A stretch of 64,000 bases of DNA from Sphingomonadales bacterium (GTDB lineage: Bacteria; Pseudomonadota; Alphaproteobacteria; Sphingomonadales; Sphingomonadaceae): positions 997-64,996 of the forward strand of contig JAXDPE010000044.1 of NCBI GenBank assembly GCA_034668565.1. Reading direction: 5' to 3'. Of the stretch, positions 36,691-45,164 are shown piece by piece. The notes under the pieces were generated by a model that saw nothing but the letters and a program-made list of their open reading frames with translations, did not search any database and was not told where the DNA came from. How positions within the stretch are numbered: position 1 is the stretch's first letter; every line of letters starts with the position of its first letter. Position numbers and translations under genes: made by a program.

Positions 36691-37926
36691 ATGAAGGCGG
36701 GGAGGGGACGGCGCGATATCGACGCTCGCCTCGAAGAGGCGGCCGGCCTCGCCGAAGCGATCGGGGTCGAGGTCTCGGACCGGCTCCACTTCAGGATCCG
36801 CTCGCCCAGGCCCGCGACCCTATTCGGATCGGGCCAGGTCGAATCGATCGCCGAGGCGGTAGTTCGCGACGAGGCCCAGCTGGTCATCGTCGACGCGCCT
36901 ATTACGCCCATCCAGCAGAAGAATCTGGAAACCGCGACCAAGGCCAAGGTGATCGACCGGACGGGCCTCATCCTCGAGATTTTCGGCGAACGGGCGGCGA
37001 CGGCGGAGGGCCGGCTCCAGGTCGAGCTCGCCCATCTCGACTATCAGGCGGGCCGGCTGGTCCGGAGCTGGACCCACCTCGAGCGCCAGCGCGGCGGCTT
37101 CGGCTTCCTCGGTGGCCCGGGCGAGACTCAGATCGAGGCCGACCGCCGGCTGATCCGCGACCGGATGGCCAAATTGAAGAAGGAGCTCGAGCAGGTCACC
37201 AGGACCCGCGCCCTTCATCGCGCCCGGCGCCAGCGGGCGCCCTGGCCGGTCATAGCCCTCGTCGGCTACACCAATGCCGGCAAATCGACCCTGTTCAACC
37301 GGCTGACCAAGGCCGACGTGATGGCGGAGAACCTGCTGTTCGCGACCCTCGATCCGACGATGCGCGAAATCCCGCTGGCCGGCTTCGACAAAGCGATCCT
37401 CTCGGACACGGTCGGCTTCATCTCGGAGCTTCCCACCCAGCTCGTCGCGGCTTTCCGGGCGACGCTGGAAGAGGTGATCTCGGCCGACCTCATCGTCCAT
37501 GTCCGCGACATCTCCCATCCCGACAGCGACGCCCAGCGCGAGGACGTCGAGACCGTCCTTACCGAGATCGGCGCCGGAGGGGAGGGGGGCGCCCCTCTCG
37601 TCGAGGCGTGGAACAAGATCGACCTGCTCGAGCCGGAGGAAAGCGAGCGGGTTCAGGCGGAGGCGGTCCGGCGCGACGATGTGATCCGCATCTCCGCCTT
37701 GACCGGCGAGGGGCTGGAAGCGCTTCTGGAATGCGCATCCGCCAAGCTCAGCAAGGGCGCCATGCTGCGCACCGTCACGCTCGGAGCATCCGACGGGGAA
37801 GCGATCGCCTGGCTCCACGCCAATGGCCGGATCGAGGGCCAGCGGACCGATGGGGTTGAGACGGTGTTCGAGGTTCGCTTGTCGGAAGCCGACTGGGCGC
37901 GGCTGCAGAGCCGGCAGCGAGTTTAG
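36691..37926 (+). CDS. hflX: GTPase HflX
   Basis: G1 motif GYTNAGKSTLFNRLT, DTVGFI and NKID. The frame is open back to 36604 with no SD before ATG 36691, so the true start may be CTG 36619 (see findings). Confidence 0.9.
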   Translation: MKAGRGRRDIDARLEEAAGLAEAIGVEVSDRLHFRIRSPRPATLFGSGQVESIAEAVVRDEAQLVIVDAPITPIQQKNLETATKAKVIDRTGLILEIFGERAATAEGRLQVELAHLDYQAGRLVRSWTHLERQRGGFGFLGGPGETQIEADRRLIRDRMAKLKKELEQVTRTRALHRARRQRAPWPVIALVGYTNAGKSTLFNRLTKADVMAENLLFATLDPTMREIPLAGFDKAILSDTVGFISELPTQLVAAFRATLEEVISADLIVHVRDISHPDSDAQREDVETVLTEIGAGGEGGAPLVEAWNKIDLLEPEESERVQAEAVRRDDVIRISALTGEGLEALLECASAKLSKGAMLRTVTLGASDGEAIAWLHANGRIEGQRTDGVETVFEVRLSEADWARLQSRQRV

Positions 37927-37946
37927 GGCGTAGCAGGCTTAGCAGA

Positions 37947-38032
37947 CCGTCATTGCGAGGAGCGAAGCGACGCGGCAATCCAGCGGGCCTCGGAGGCCGC
38001 ACTGGATTGCTTCGCTCCGCTCGCAATGACGG
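37947..38032. repeat. palindromic MITE/REP-like element, family A
   Basis: Lies between the convergent hflX and mazG stops, with the same arms as 35905-35990. Confidence 0.85.
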
Positions 38033-38038
38033 TGAGGC

Positions 38039-38788
38039 TCAGACCAGCCTCTTCGCCTTCTGCCAGAGCGCCTCCAGAGCCTCGATATCCATATCCTTCA
38101 ATGGCTTGTCCGTAATCTCTTCCACTTTACGGAAACGCCGTTCGAACCGTTTCGAAGCCTCCCGCAAGGCCGTTTCGGGGTCGATGTCGAGGTGGCGGGC
38201 GTAATTGACGACGCTGAACAGCAGGTCGCCGAGCTCGGCCGCGCGCTCTTCGGCGGTGGCCGCGGCGTCGATCTCGGCCAGCTCCTCGTCGATCTTGGCC
38301 CGCGGTCCGCCTGGGTCGGGCCAGTCGAAGCCGATCCGTGCGGCGCGGCGCTGGAGCTTCTCGGCACGCTTGAGGGCCGGCAAAGCCATCGCGACTCCGG
38401 CGAGTGCGCTCTTGTCCTGCTCGCCATGGCGCTCGGCGGCCTTGAGCGCTTCCCAGCCGGGGCTGGCCGCTTCGTCGCCGAAGATATGCGGGTGACGGCG
38501 GATCATCTTCGCGCAGATCGACGCCATGACGTCATCGAGCGCGAATGCGCCAATCTCTTCGGCCATTCGCGAATGATAGACGATTTGGAGCTGGAGGTCG
38601 CCGAGCTCGTCCTTGAGCGCCTCAAGATCCTGGCGCTCGATCGCGTCGGCGACCTCATAGGCTTCCTCGATCGTATAAGGCGCGATCGTCGCGAAGCTCT
38701 GGGCGACGTCCCATTCGCAACCGCTCGCCGGGTCGCGCAGCCGGCGCATGATTTCGACGAGGTCGGAGAGGGAGGAAGAACCGGTCAA
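38039..38788 (-). CDS. mazG: nucleoside triphosphate pyrophosphohydrolase MazG
   Basis: Tandem MazG domains: TIEEAYEVADAIE..ELGDLQLQIVYH and EELAEIDAA..ELGDLLFSVVNYARH. Confidence 0.9.
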   Translation of the reverse strand: MTGSSSLSDLVEIMRRLRDPASGCEWDVAQSFATIAPYTIEEAYEVADAIERQDLEALKDELGDLQLQIVYHSRMAEEIGAFALDDVMASICAKMIRRHPHIFGDEAASPGWEALKAAERHGEQDKSALAGVAMALPALKRAEKLQRRAARIGFDWPDPGGPRAKIDEELAEIDAAATAEERAAELGDLLFSVVNYARHLDIDPETALREASKRFERRFRKVEEITDKPLKDMDIEALEALWQKAKRLV

Positions 38789-38858
38789 AGCCTCAGCCTT
38801 TAAGTGTGATAATATACATTATGTAAAATCCCAAGTGAAAGCGGACGAGGCATCCCCC

Positions 38859-39455
38859 TCACGGCTTTAGCACCAGCCACTGGCCTTCCACGCTCCAGCC
38901 CGAAAGCGACGACAGGAAGTTCATTCCCAGAACCTGGGTGTCGCCAAAGGAATCGGAGACCTGGACGGCCAGATTCCGGCGCTCGATCGATCCGACCTTG
39001 AGCCGTTCGGCACGGCCGAGCCTGGCCTCCACCATTCCGTTCGCCGTCTGCACCAGCACCGGAAAGCCATCGGTCTCGATTCCGGCCGCAGCGGCAGTCC
39101 TGGCCGAGATGCTGGTCACCGTCGCCCCGCTGTCGACCAGGAAGCGGATCTTCCGGCCATTGAGGTCGCTGTTCACCCAGAAATGACCGTCCATCGACTT
39201 GCGAATCCGAAGCGCCTTGCCGACCGCGACCACCTCCCCCTCGCCTCGGCTCTCCGCCAGAACCCGCTTGCCGAGCGCCATGAAATCGTCCTTGAGCGTG
39301 AAGGCGACGAAGGCGGCTAGGAAGATCAGTACCCAGCCGGCGAACATCTTGAGACCCCGACCGAGCGGAATCCGGCGCACCAGAAGCGCGCTGACGACGA
39401 GGACCAGGACTCCGATCAGATAGACGAAGCTGAGCGCCTGGTCGCCGTCGTTCAC
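38859..39455 (-). CDS. retropepsin-like (clan AA) aspartic protease, membrane-anchored
   Basis: Two N-terminal TM segments followed by FLVDSGATVTSIS (DSG catalytic motif). The GTG start sits in a GTGA overlap with the upstream gene. Confidence 0.8.
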   Translation of the reverse strand: MNDGDQALSFVYLIGVLVLVVSALLVRRIPLGRGLKMFAGWVLIFLAAFVAFTLKDDFMALGKRVLAESRGEGEVVAVGKALRIRKSMDGHFWVNSDLNGRKIRFLVDSGATVTSISARTAAAAGIETDGFPVLVQTANGMVEARLGRAERLKVGSIERRNLAVQVSDSFGDTQVLGMNFLSSLSGWSVEGQWLVLKP

Positions 39456-40216
39456 AGCTCGATTTCCATGCCGTCATAAGCCGGCTCGACGCCGTCGGGC
39501 AGCTCTTCGATCAGGGTGTCGTAATCCATGCTGTTGTCCAAATGGGTCAGCAAAGCGCGTTTCGGCCCAAGCCGGGCGATCCACTCGAGCGCGAGGTCGA
39601 GATGCGGGTGAGTCGGGTGTGGCCGGCGCCTAAGGCTGTCGACGATCCACAGGTCCACCCCTTGGAAACGAATTTCCATCTCCGGAGTCAATTCGTTGAA
39701 ATCGGTTGAATAAACTATGGATGCTCCGCCCGCGTCGAAGCGCAGGCCGGCGGTCGTGATGTCGCCGTGCGGCTGGTCGACCACCTGCACCGACACGCCA
39801 TTCAGGTTCATATGGTCGGGAAGCAGGCTCCCGGTGGCGACGGCGGGATAGCCGCTCTTGCCGTCGAAGGCGTAGGCGAAGCGCTGCTTCAGGCTTTCCA
39901 GGGTCTCGAGCCGGGCAAAACCGGCTACCGGCTGGCGGCGGGCGTGGTAGAGCTGGCGAAGGTCGTCGATTCCGTGGCAATGGTCGGCATGGTCGTGGGT
40001 CCAGATCACGCCGTCCACGCCGGTCACGTTGGCGTCGAGCAACTGCTCGCGAAGGTCGGGGCCGGTGTCGACGAGGATCCGGGCCTTTTCGTGGGTGACC
40101 AGGATCGACACCCGGCGCCGGCGATTCCTCGGGTTGGCGGGATCGCATTCGCCCCAATCGTTGCCCACACGGGGCACTCCGCTCGAAGTGCCGGAGCCCA
40201 ATATGGTAACCTTCAT
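39452..40216 (-). CDS. MBL-fold metallo-hydrolase (PhnP/GPP-like)
   Basis: THDHADHCHGIDDL (HxHxDH motif), 254 aa. Its start overlaps the tatD stop by 1 nt. Confidence 0.85.
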   Translation of the reverse strand: MKVTILGSGTSSGVPRVGNDWGECDPANPRNRRRRVSILVTHEKARILVDTGPDLREQLLDANVTGVDGVIWTHDHADHCHGIDDLRQLYHARRQPVAGFARLETLESLKQRFAYAFDGKSGYPAVATGSLLPDHMNLNGVSVQVVDQPHGDITTAGLRFDAGGASIVYSTDFNELTPEMEIRFQGVDLWIVDSLRRRPHPTHPHLDLALEWIARLGPKRALLTHLDNSMDYDTLIEELPDGVEPAYDGMEIEL

Positions 40217-40989
40217 CAGGCCACCTTACTGAAAAGCTTGCGGAAATTGCCGCTGGTCCGCTCGGCCAGAACCTCGAGCCCCTCCCCCCGCAATTCGGCC
40301 AGGAAACGAGCGGTGTCGGCGACGAACGCGGGCTCGCAGGGGCGGCCGCGGTTCGGAACGGGCGCCAGGAAGGGCGCGTCGGTCTCGATGAGCAGGCGGT
40401 CGGAAGGGATCATTGTCGCCGAAGATTGCAAGTCTTTGGCGTTTTTGAAGGTCACGATGCCGGAAATCGATACATAAAGTCCCAGCGCCAGCGCCTTGTC
40501 GGCGAAAACCTGGCTCGCCGTGAAGCAGTGGATCACGCCCGAATAGGTGCCCTTCGCCATCTCTTCCGCGAGGATGGCGTGCGTGTCCGCCTCGGCCTCG
40601 CGGGTGTGGACGATGATTGGAAGGCCGGTTTCGCGGGCGGCGGCGATATGGGCCCGGAAACTGGCCCGCTGCGCTGCGCGGTCGCTATGGTCGTAATAAT
40701 AATCGAGGCCGCTTTCGCCGATCCCGACCACTCGGGGATGGGCGGCGCGCTCGACCAGGGTCGCGGTCTGGACGTCGGGATGGGCGTCGGCTTCGTGGGG
40801 ATGGATCCCGACCGAGGCCCAGACGTCGCTCTCGCGTTCGGCCAGCCCGATGACTTCGTCCCATTCCGACCGGCGGGTGGAGATGTTGAGCATGGTCGAG
40901 ACGCCGGCGGCGCGAGCACGGCCGAGCACCGCCTGCTGCTCCTCCACCAGTCCTTTGTAATTGAGATGGCAATGGCTGTCGGTGAACAT
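40216..40989 (-). CDS. TatD family metal-dependent hydrolase (DNase)
   Basis: MFTDSHCHL, GESGLDYYY, HCFT and IETDAPFLAP motifs. ATG 40987-40989 follows AAGGAA. The rest of track ORF 40216..42075 is a shadow. Confidence 0.9.
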   Translation of the reverse strand: MFTDSHCHLNYKGLVEEQQAVLGRARAAGVSTMLNISTRRSEWDEVIGLAERESDVWASVGIHPHEADAHPDVQTATLVERAAHPRVVGIGESGLDYYYDHSDRAAQRASFRAHIAAARETGLPIIVHTREAEADTHAILAEEMAKGTYSGVIHCFTASQVFADKALALGLYVSISGIVTFKNAKDLQSSATMIPSDRLLIETDAPFLAPVPNRGRPCEPAFVADTARFLAELRGEGLEVLAERTSGNFRKLFSKVA

Positions 40990-41181
40990 GGCTTTCCTTA
41001 GCCCCATCCCCTCCCCTTCGCGCAAGCGCCGTCTCGGTTTTCCCGACTCGGGCCGTCCTCCCCGCGCGCCGAACGGGCAATCAGGGCGCTGGTACGGAAC
41101 GGCATTTCTGCTACGAGGCGGCGCGGCGGGCTGATCTAAATCAGGTCTTCGACGCGTAGGGGGCTGCGGGACGGTAATTCG

Positions 41182-42231
41182 ATGAAGCGGCCTGACGAGT
41201 GGCGTAGCGCAGACTGGATCGATCCCGCTCACGGACCGCCCGCAAGCGAGGATCCGCGCGTCGCCGTCGTCATCCCCTCTTTCCGGGCGGCGGCCACGAT
41301 CGGCGCCGTGCTTCGGGCGATCGGTCCCGAAGTGAAGCATATCTACGTGGTCGACGACGGCTGCCCCGATGCCACCGGCGAGCGGGCGCTGAAGGATCAT
41401 CGCGATCCCCGCCTCATCGTCCTCCATAACCGCCGCAATCTCGGCGTGGGCGGGGCGATGAAGCGCGGCTATGCGCGCGCCCTCGCCGACGGCGCCGAGA
41501 TCATCGTCAAGGTCGACGCCGACGGCCAGATGGATCCGCGCCACATATCGCGCCTGATCGCACCGATCCTCGAAGGCCGGGCCGATTATTGCAAGGGCAA
41601 CCGCTTCGCCCCGGCGCGGCTGATGCCCTCGGGCAGCTCCCCGAGCGCTCTCAAGGCGATGCCGCCGGCCCGCCGGGCCGGCAACATGGCCTTTTCGGTG
41701 CTCCACAAGGCGGCTACCGGCTATTGGCGGATCGGCGATCCAGCCAACGGCTATACCGCCATCCACGCCCGCGCCCTCGAACGGATCGGGCTGGACGCCC
41801 TGGCGGACTGCTTCTTCTTCGAGACCGACATGCTCTTCCGGCTCAACCTGGTCGACGCGGTGGTCGCGGACGTCCCGCTTCCCGCCTGCTATCCCGGGTC
41901 CGGCAGCAGCCTCAGGCTTCGCCGGGTCGCGCCCCGCTTCGCCGTCATGACCGCGAGCCGGCTGGTTCGCCGCCTGCGCTCGAAATATTTCACCGGCGAG
42001 TGGAATCCAGGCTCGGTCAAGCTCGCGGCCGCGCTGGCGATGATCGCCGCGTCGGCGGGGCTGGCGGGGTGGCATTGGCTCGCGGCCGCGAAGGGCGGCG
42101 CCGCTTTCGGCGCCAGCGCCGCGGCGCTGGCCTGCCTGGCGCTGGGTCTCGCCTTGCTCGCGGCGGCCGGCCTGTACGATGCTCGAAGGACCGCTCGCGA
42201 GCCCCTGTCGAGCCGCAGCTCGACCTGCTGA
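41182..42231 (+). CDS. family 2 glycosyltransferase, polyprenyl-phosphate sugar synthase-like (GtrB/ArnC/DPM1 layout)
   Basis: VAVVIPSF, VVDDGCPDATGE and VKVDADGQMDP...CKGNRF, plus two C-terminal hydrophobic helices (LAAALAMIAASAGLAGW, ALACLALGLALLAAAGLY). Confidence 0.8.
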   Translation: MKRPDEWRSADWIDPAHGPPASEDPRVAVVIPSFRAAATIGAVLRAIGPEVKHIYVVDDGCPDATGERALKDHRDPRLIVLHNRRNLGVGGAMKRGYARALADGAEIIVKVDADGQMDPRHISRLIAPILEGRADYCKGNRFAPARLMPSGSSPSALKAMPPARRAGNMAFSVLHKAATGYWRIGDPANGYTAIHARALERIGLDALADCFFFETDMLFRLNLVDAVVADVPLPACYPGSGSSLRLRRVAPRFAVMTASRLVRRLRSKYFTGEWNPGSVKLAAALAMIAASAGLAGWHWLAAAKGGAAFGASAAALACLALGLALLAAAGLYDARRTAREPLSSRSSTC

Positions 42232-43419
42232 ATGGCGGCTTCAAGGTCGTTCTCGCCTTTCCTGGCCGCCGCCAGGGCGCCGTCCTGGTGGGTGGCGGCG
42301 CTGCTGGTCGGGGCCTGCCATGGCCTCTTCACGCTCGTCGCGGGGGTCGAGATGGCGCCCGACAGCCAGGCTTACGCTTATTTTTCGGCCCGTCTGATCG
42401 AGACGGGCTTCGACTATCCGACGCTGATCGACGAAGCGAGCGGCGGCTTTCCCGCCATCCTCTACGCCTTGTTCGCGACTCTCCTGGCCGGCCTGCGCCT
42501 CGCCTTCGGCGCCGAGTGGGGGACGGCCCTCGTCACGCTCAACCTGGTGGCCCACGTCGCCGTGGGGGCGATGGTCGTCCGACTGGCGGCGCGGCTTACC
42601 GGCGTCGGACTCGCCGCGTGGGGAGCGCTGATCCTCTATCTGATCTGCTTCGATCTGCTCATGTGGGTGCCCTTCATTCTCTCCGATGCGACGTTCGTCT
42701 TCATCGCCTTCGGCATCTTCACGCTCGCCGCCGCGAGAATCCTCGGCGATGCGCGAAGCTGGCTGGCCGTGGCGGCGCCGGCCGTGGCCGGAATCTTCTA
42801 CCGCCCGACGGGAATGGTCCTGATCCCCGACCTCGCCTGGGCGGTCTATCTGTCCAGGACCGGCACCGGGGCGATCCGGCGAGGACGGGCGCTGGCCGCC
42901 CTCGCCGCCGCCCTCGTAACCGGGGCCATGGCCTTTGCCTGGGTGATCCAGGATCCGGCGCGCTGGCCGTTCAACGCCCTGTCGGGCGCCTTCCGCAACG
43001 TCGCGGGGGAATATGCGCTCGGCCAGGTGGTGAGCGGCCGGCCCGAGACCAATCACGCCCCACCGGCCGCGCTGGGCGACTTCCTGCTCCTCTCGGCCGA
43101 CCGCTTCGTCCATTTCTTCGCCATCGGGGCGGCCGGCTACAGCGCAGGCCACTGGCTCGCCGGGCTGGCCTTCTTCCTCCCCTGCTACGCTTTGGCGGGC
43201 TGGCTGGCCGTCGCTTTGTGGCGCGGCCGAACGGCTTTCGGCGCGACCGAGCGCAAGGTGTTCCTGGCGGCGTTCGGCGCCCTTCTCTCCTACGCCGTCT
43301 TCCACGCTTTGGTTCAGGTCGATTTCGATTGGCGCTACCGGACCCCGATCCTGCCCCATCTCATCCTACTCGCGGCCGGAGGCCTTGCGGACCTCGTCCG
43401 GCGGATCGACCGACGGTGA
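42232..43419 (+). CDS. polytopic membrane protein, possible GT-C-fold glycosyltransferase
   Basis: 395 aa with at least 9 hydrophobic segments. The first loop APDSQAYAYFSARLIETG resembles the acidic loop of ArnT/PMT-type GT-C enzymes. ATG immediately follows the upstream TGA. Confidence 0.45.
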   Translation: MAASRSFSPFLAAARAPSWWVAALLVGACHGLFTLVAGVEMAPDSQAYAYFSARLIETGFDYPTLIDEASGGFPAILYALFATLLAGLRLAFGAEWGTALVTLNLVAHVAVGAMVVRLAARLTGVGLAAWGALILYLICFDLLMWVPFILSDATFVFIAFGIFTLAAARILGDARSWLAVAAPAVAGIFYRPTGMVLIPDLAWAVYLSRTGTGAIRRGRALAALAAALVTGAMAFAWVIQDPARWPFNALSGAFRNVAGEYALGQVVSGRPETNHAPPAALGDFLLLSADRFVHFFAIGAAGYSAGHWLAGLAFFLPCYALAGWLAVALWRGRTAFGATERKVFLAAFGALLSYAVFHALVQVDFDWRYRTPILPHLILLAAGGLADLVRRIDRR

Positions 43420-44264
43420 CCCGGCCCGCTTATCTCTTCAGCGTCGACGTCGAAGATCCCCGTCTAGATCTGCCGGACGGGGACAGGTTTCCGGCGCGGG
43501 TCCCCGCTCTGGTCGACACCTATCTCGATTTCCTTCGACGGCATGAGGCCAAGGGGAGCTTCTTCGTCGTCGGCGAAGTGGCCCGGCGGCACCCCGAGAT
43601 GATCGCCAGGATCGCCGCTGAGGGGCATGAACTCGGCTGTCATTCGGACTCGCACGTTCCGCTCGACCGGCTCGGCCAGGCCCGCTTCCGCGACGATCTT
43701 CTGCGCAACCTCGAGGCGCTCGATCGGGCCGGCGCCGGCGCGATCAAGGGCTATCGAGCGCCCTGTTTCTCGATGACGGCGCAGACGGGCTGGGCCTATG
43801 AGGCGCTGGCCGAACTGGGCTTCGCCTATTCGAGCTCGGTGCTTCCGGCGCGAAGCCCGCTCTACGGCCAGCCGGGCTTCGGCGCCCGGCCGCGGCTGAT
43901 CGAGGACGTGGTCGAGCTGCCGGTGACCTTGCTCCCGTTCCGTTGGCTGAAAGTGCCGGTCGGCGGCCTCTATTTCCGGGTGTTGCCCCGCTTCGTCCTG
44001 CGCCGGGCGCTGGCCAGGCGGCGGCGGGCCGGCGAGACCGTCGCAAGCTACCATCATCCCTACGACATCGACACCGAGCAGGCGTTCACCCATGCCGGCT
44101 TTCGCCGCTGGGGCGCCTTCGACCTGTTGATGCGGGCCAATCGCGGCTCGGTTCTGCCGCGGCTGGAAATGGCGAAATCGCTGGGCTTCGCCTTCACCGC
44201 TTATGGCGATCATGCCCGCCGGATCGGCGAGGAACTGCGCTCGAATCGAGGTGAGAATGGCTGA
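43416..44264 (+). CDS. polysaccharide deacetylase family protein (DUF3473-type)
   Basis: YLFSVDVEDP, SFFVVGEVARRHPEMIARIAAEGHELGCHSDSH, GYRAPCFSM and LGFAYSSSVLP. The GTG start is in a GTGA overlap. This is only the 3' part of track ORF 41589..44264. Confidence 0.85.
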   Translation: MTRPAYLFSVDVEDPRLDLPDGDRFPARVPALVDTYLDFLRRHEAKGSFFVVGEVARRHPEMIARIAAEGHELGCHSDSHVPLDRLGQARFRDDLLRNLEALDRAGAGAIKGYRAPCFSMTAQTGWAYEALAELGFAYSSSVLPARSPLYGQPGFGARPRLIEDVVELPVTLLPFRWLKVPVGGLYFRVLPRFVLRRALARRRRAGETVASYHHPYDIDTEQAFTHAGFRRWGAFDLLMRANRGSVLPRLEMAKSLGFAFTAYGDHARRIGEELRSNRGENG

Positions 44265-45105
44265 CCCCTACCGTTTCGAGATGCTCGAGCATACCGAACG
44301 CGGCTATGCCCGGATCTCCGCCCTGATGCGGGAGGTCTTTCCCAAGGCCCGGCACCTCACGCCGCGCTATTTCGAGTGGCATTACGGCCGCAATCCGGAC
44401 GGCCGGGCGATCGGCTGCAACGCCTTTGCCGGGGACAAGCTTGTCGGCCATATGGCCGCCATCGTCTTTCCCTGCCGGATCGAAGGCGAAGTGCGCCGGG
44501 CGATGTACACGGTGAACGGCTCGGTCCACCCCGAGCATCGCGGCCGCCGACTGCAGAGCCGGATCAGCGCCGCCATGTTCGAGGAGGCGGTCCGCCTCGG
44601 CTACGACTTGTGCCTGGCGACCGGCAACAAGTGGAGCACCGGCCCGCTCCTCACCCGGTTCGAGATGGTCCGGCCGCTCGGCGCGCGCCTCGGCATCGGC
44701 CTACCCGGGCGACGCGAGCCCGATCGGCCGCCGGCCTTCGAACGGATCTGGAGCGACGAAGCCTTGCGCTGGCGAATGGCGAACCCCGAAGCCCGATATT
44801 CGGCCGTCCGGCGGCACGGCGACCTGTCGCTACTCTCGGCGACCGGCACCCCCGGCATCGGCGCGATCCTCTATCAGGGCCCCGATTGCGATTCGCTTCC
44901 CGATTCGGGCCCCGCTGCCGGCCCGCTGCGCGTGTGGCTCGGGCTCGACCCGGGAACCGAGTGGAGCAGCTCGGCCTTTGTGCGCATCCCGATGCGCCTT
45001 CGCCCCTCCCCGCTCAACCTCGTCTGCAAGGATCTGACCGGGGGCGGCTTCGTCCCCGATCCGGACCGGGTCGTCTTCCGCGGAATCGACTTCGACGCTT
45101 TCTGA
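44257..45105 (+). CDS. GNAT-like acyltransferase (FemAB/Acetyltransf-like)
   Basis: GHMAAIVFPCRIEG...YTVNGSVHPEHRGRRLQSRISAAMFEEAVRLGYDL resembles a GNAT acetyl-CoA-binding core. ATG 44257 follows GAGGTGAGA and overlaps the upstream gene by 8 nt. Confidence 0.6.
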   Translation: MADPYRFEMLEHTERGYARISALMREVFPKARHLTPRYFEWHYGRNPDGRAIGCNAFAGDKLVGHMAAIVFPCRIEGEVRRAMYTVNGSVHPEHRGRRLQSRISAAMFEEAVRLGYDLCLATGNKWSTGPLLTRFEMVRPLGARLGIGLPGRREPDRPPAFERIWSDEALRWRMANPEARYSAVRRHGDLSLLSATGTPGIGAILYQGPDCDSLPDSGPAAGPLRVWLGLDPGTEWSSSAFVRIPMRLRPSPLNLVCKDLTGGGFVPDPDRVVFRGIDFDAF

Positions 45106-45164
45106 GCGGGTGGTTACGCGGCCCGCCTGCTGGGCTATGCAGCGGGAAGACCAGGGAGAGCGCC

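Noticed and set aside
41589-44264. 891-aa plus-strand ORF; similarly 40216..42075(-) of 619 aa, 51293..53764(+) of 823 aa, and 14044..15867(+) of 607 aa.
   Set aside because: In each case only the 3' portion is genuine: the deacetylase from 43416, TatD from 40989, and GcdH from 52574. ORF 14044..15867 is wholly antisense to the M28 peptidase. The remainder is low-complexity Arg/Pro/Gly sequence overlapping well-supported genes.
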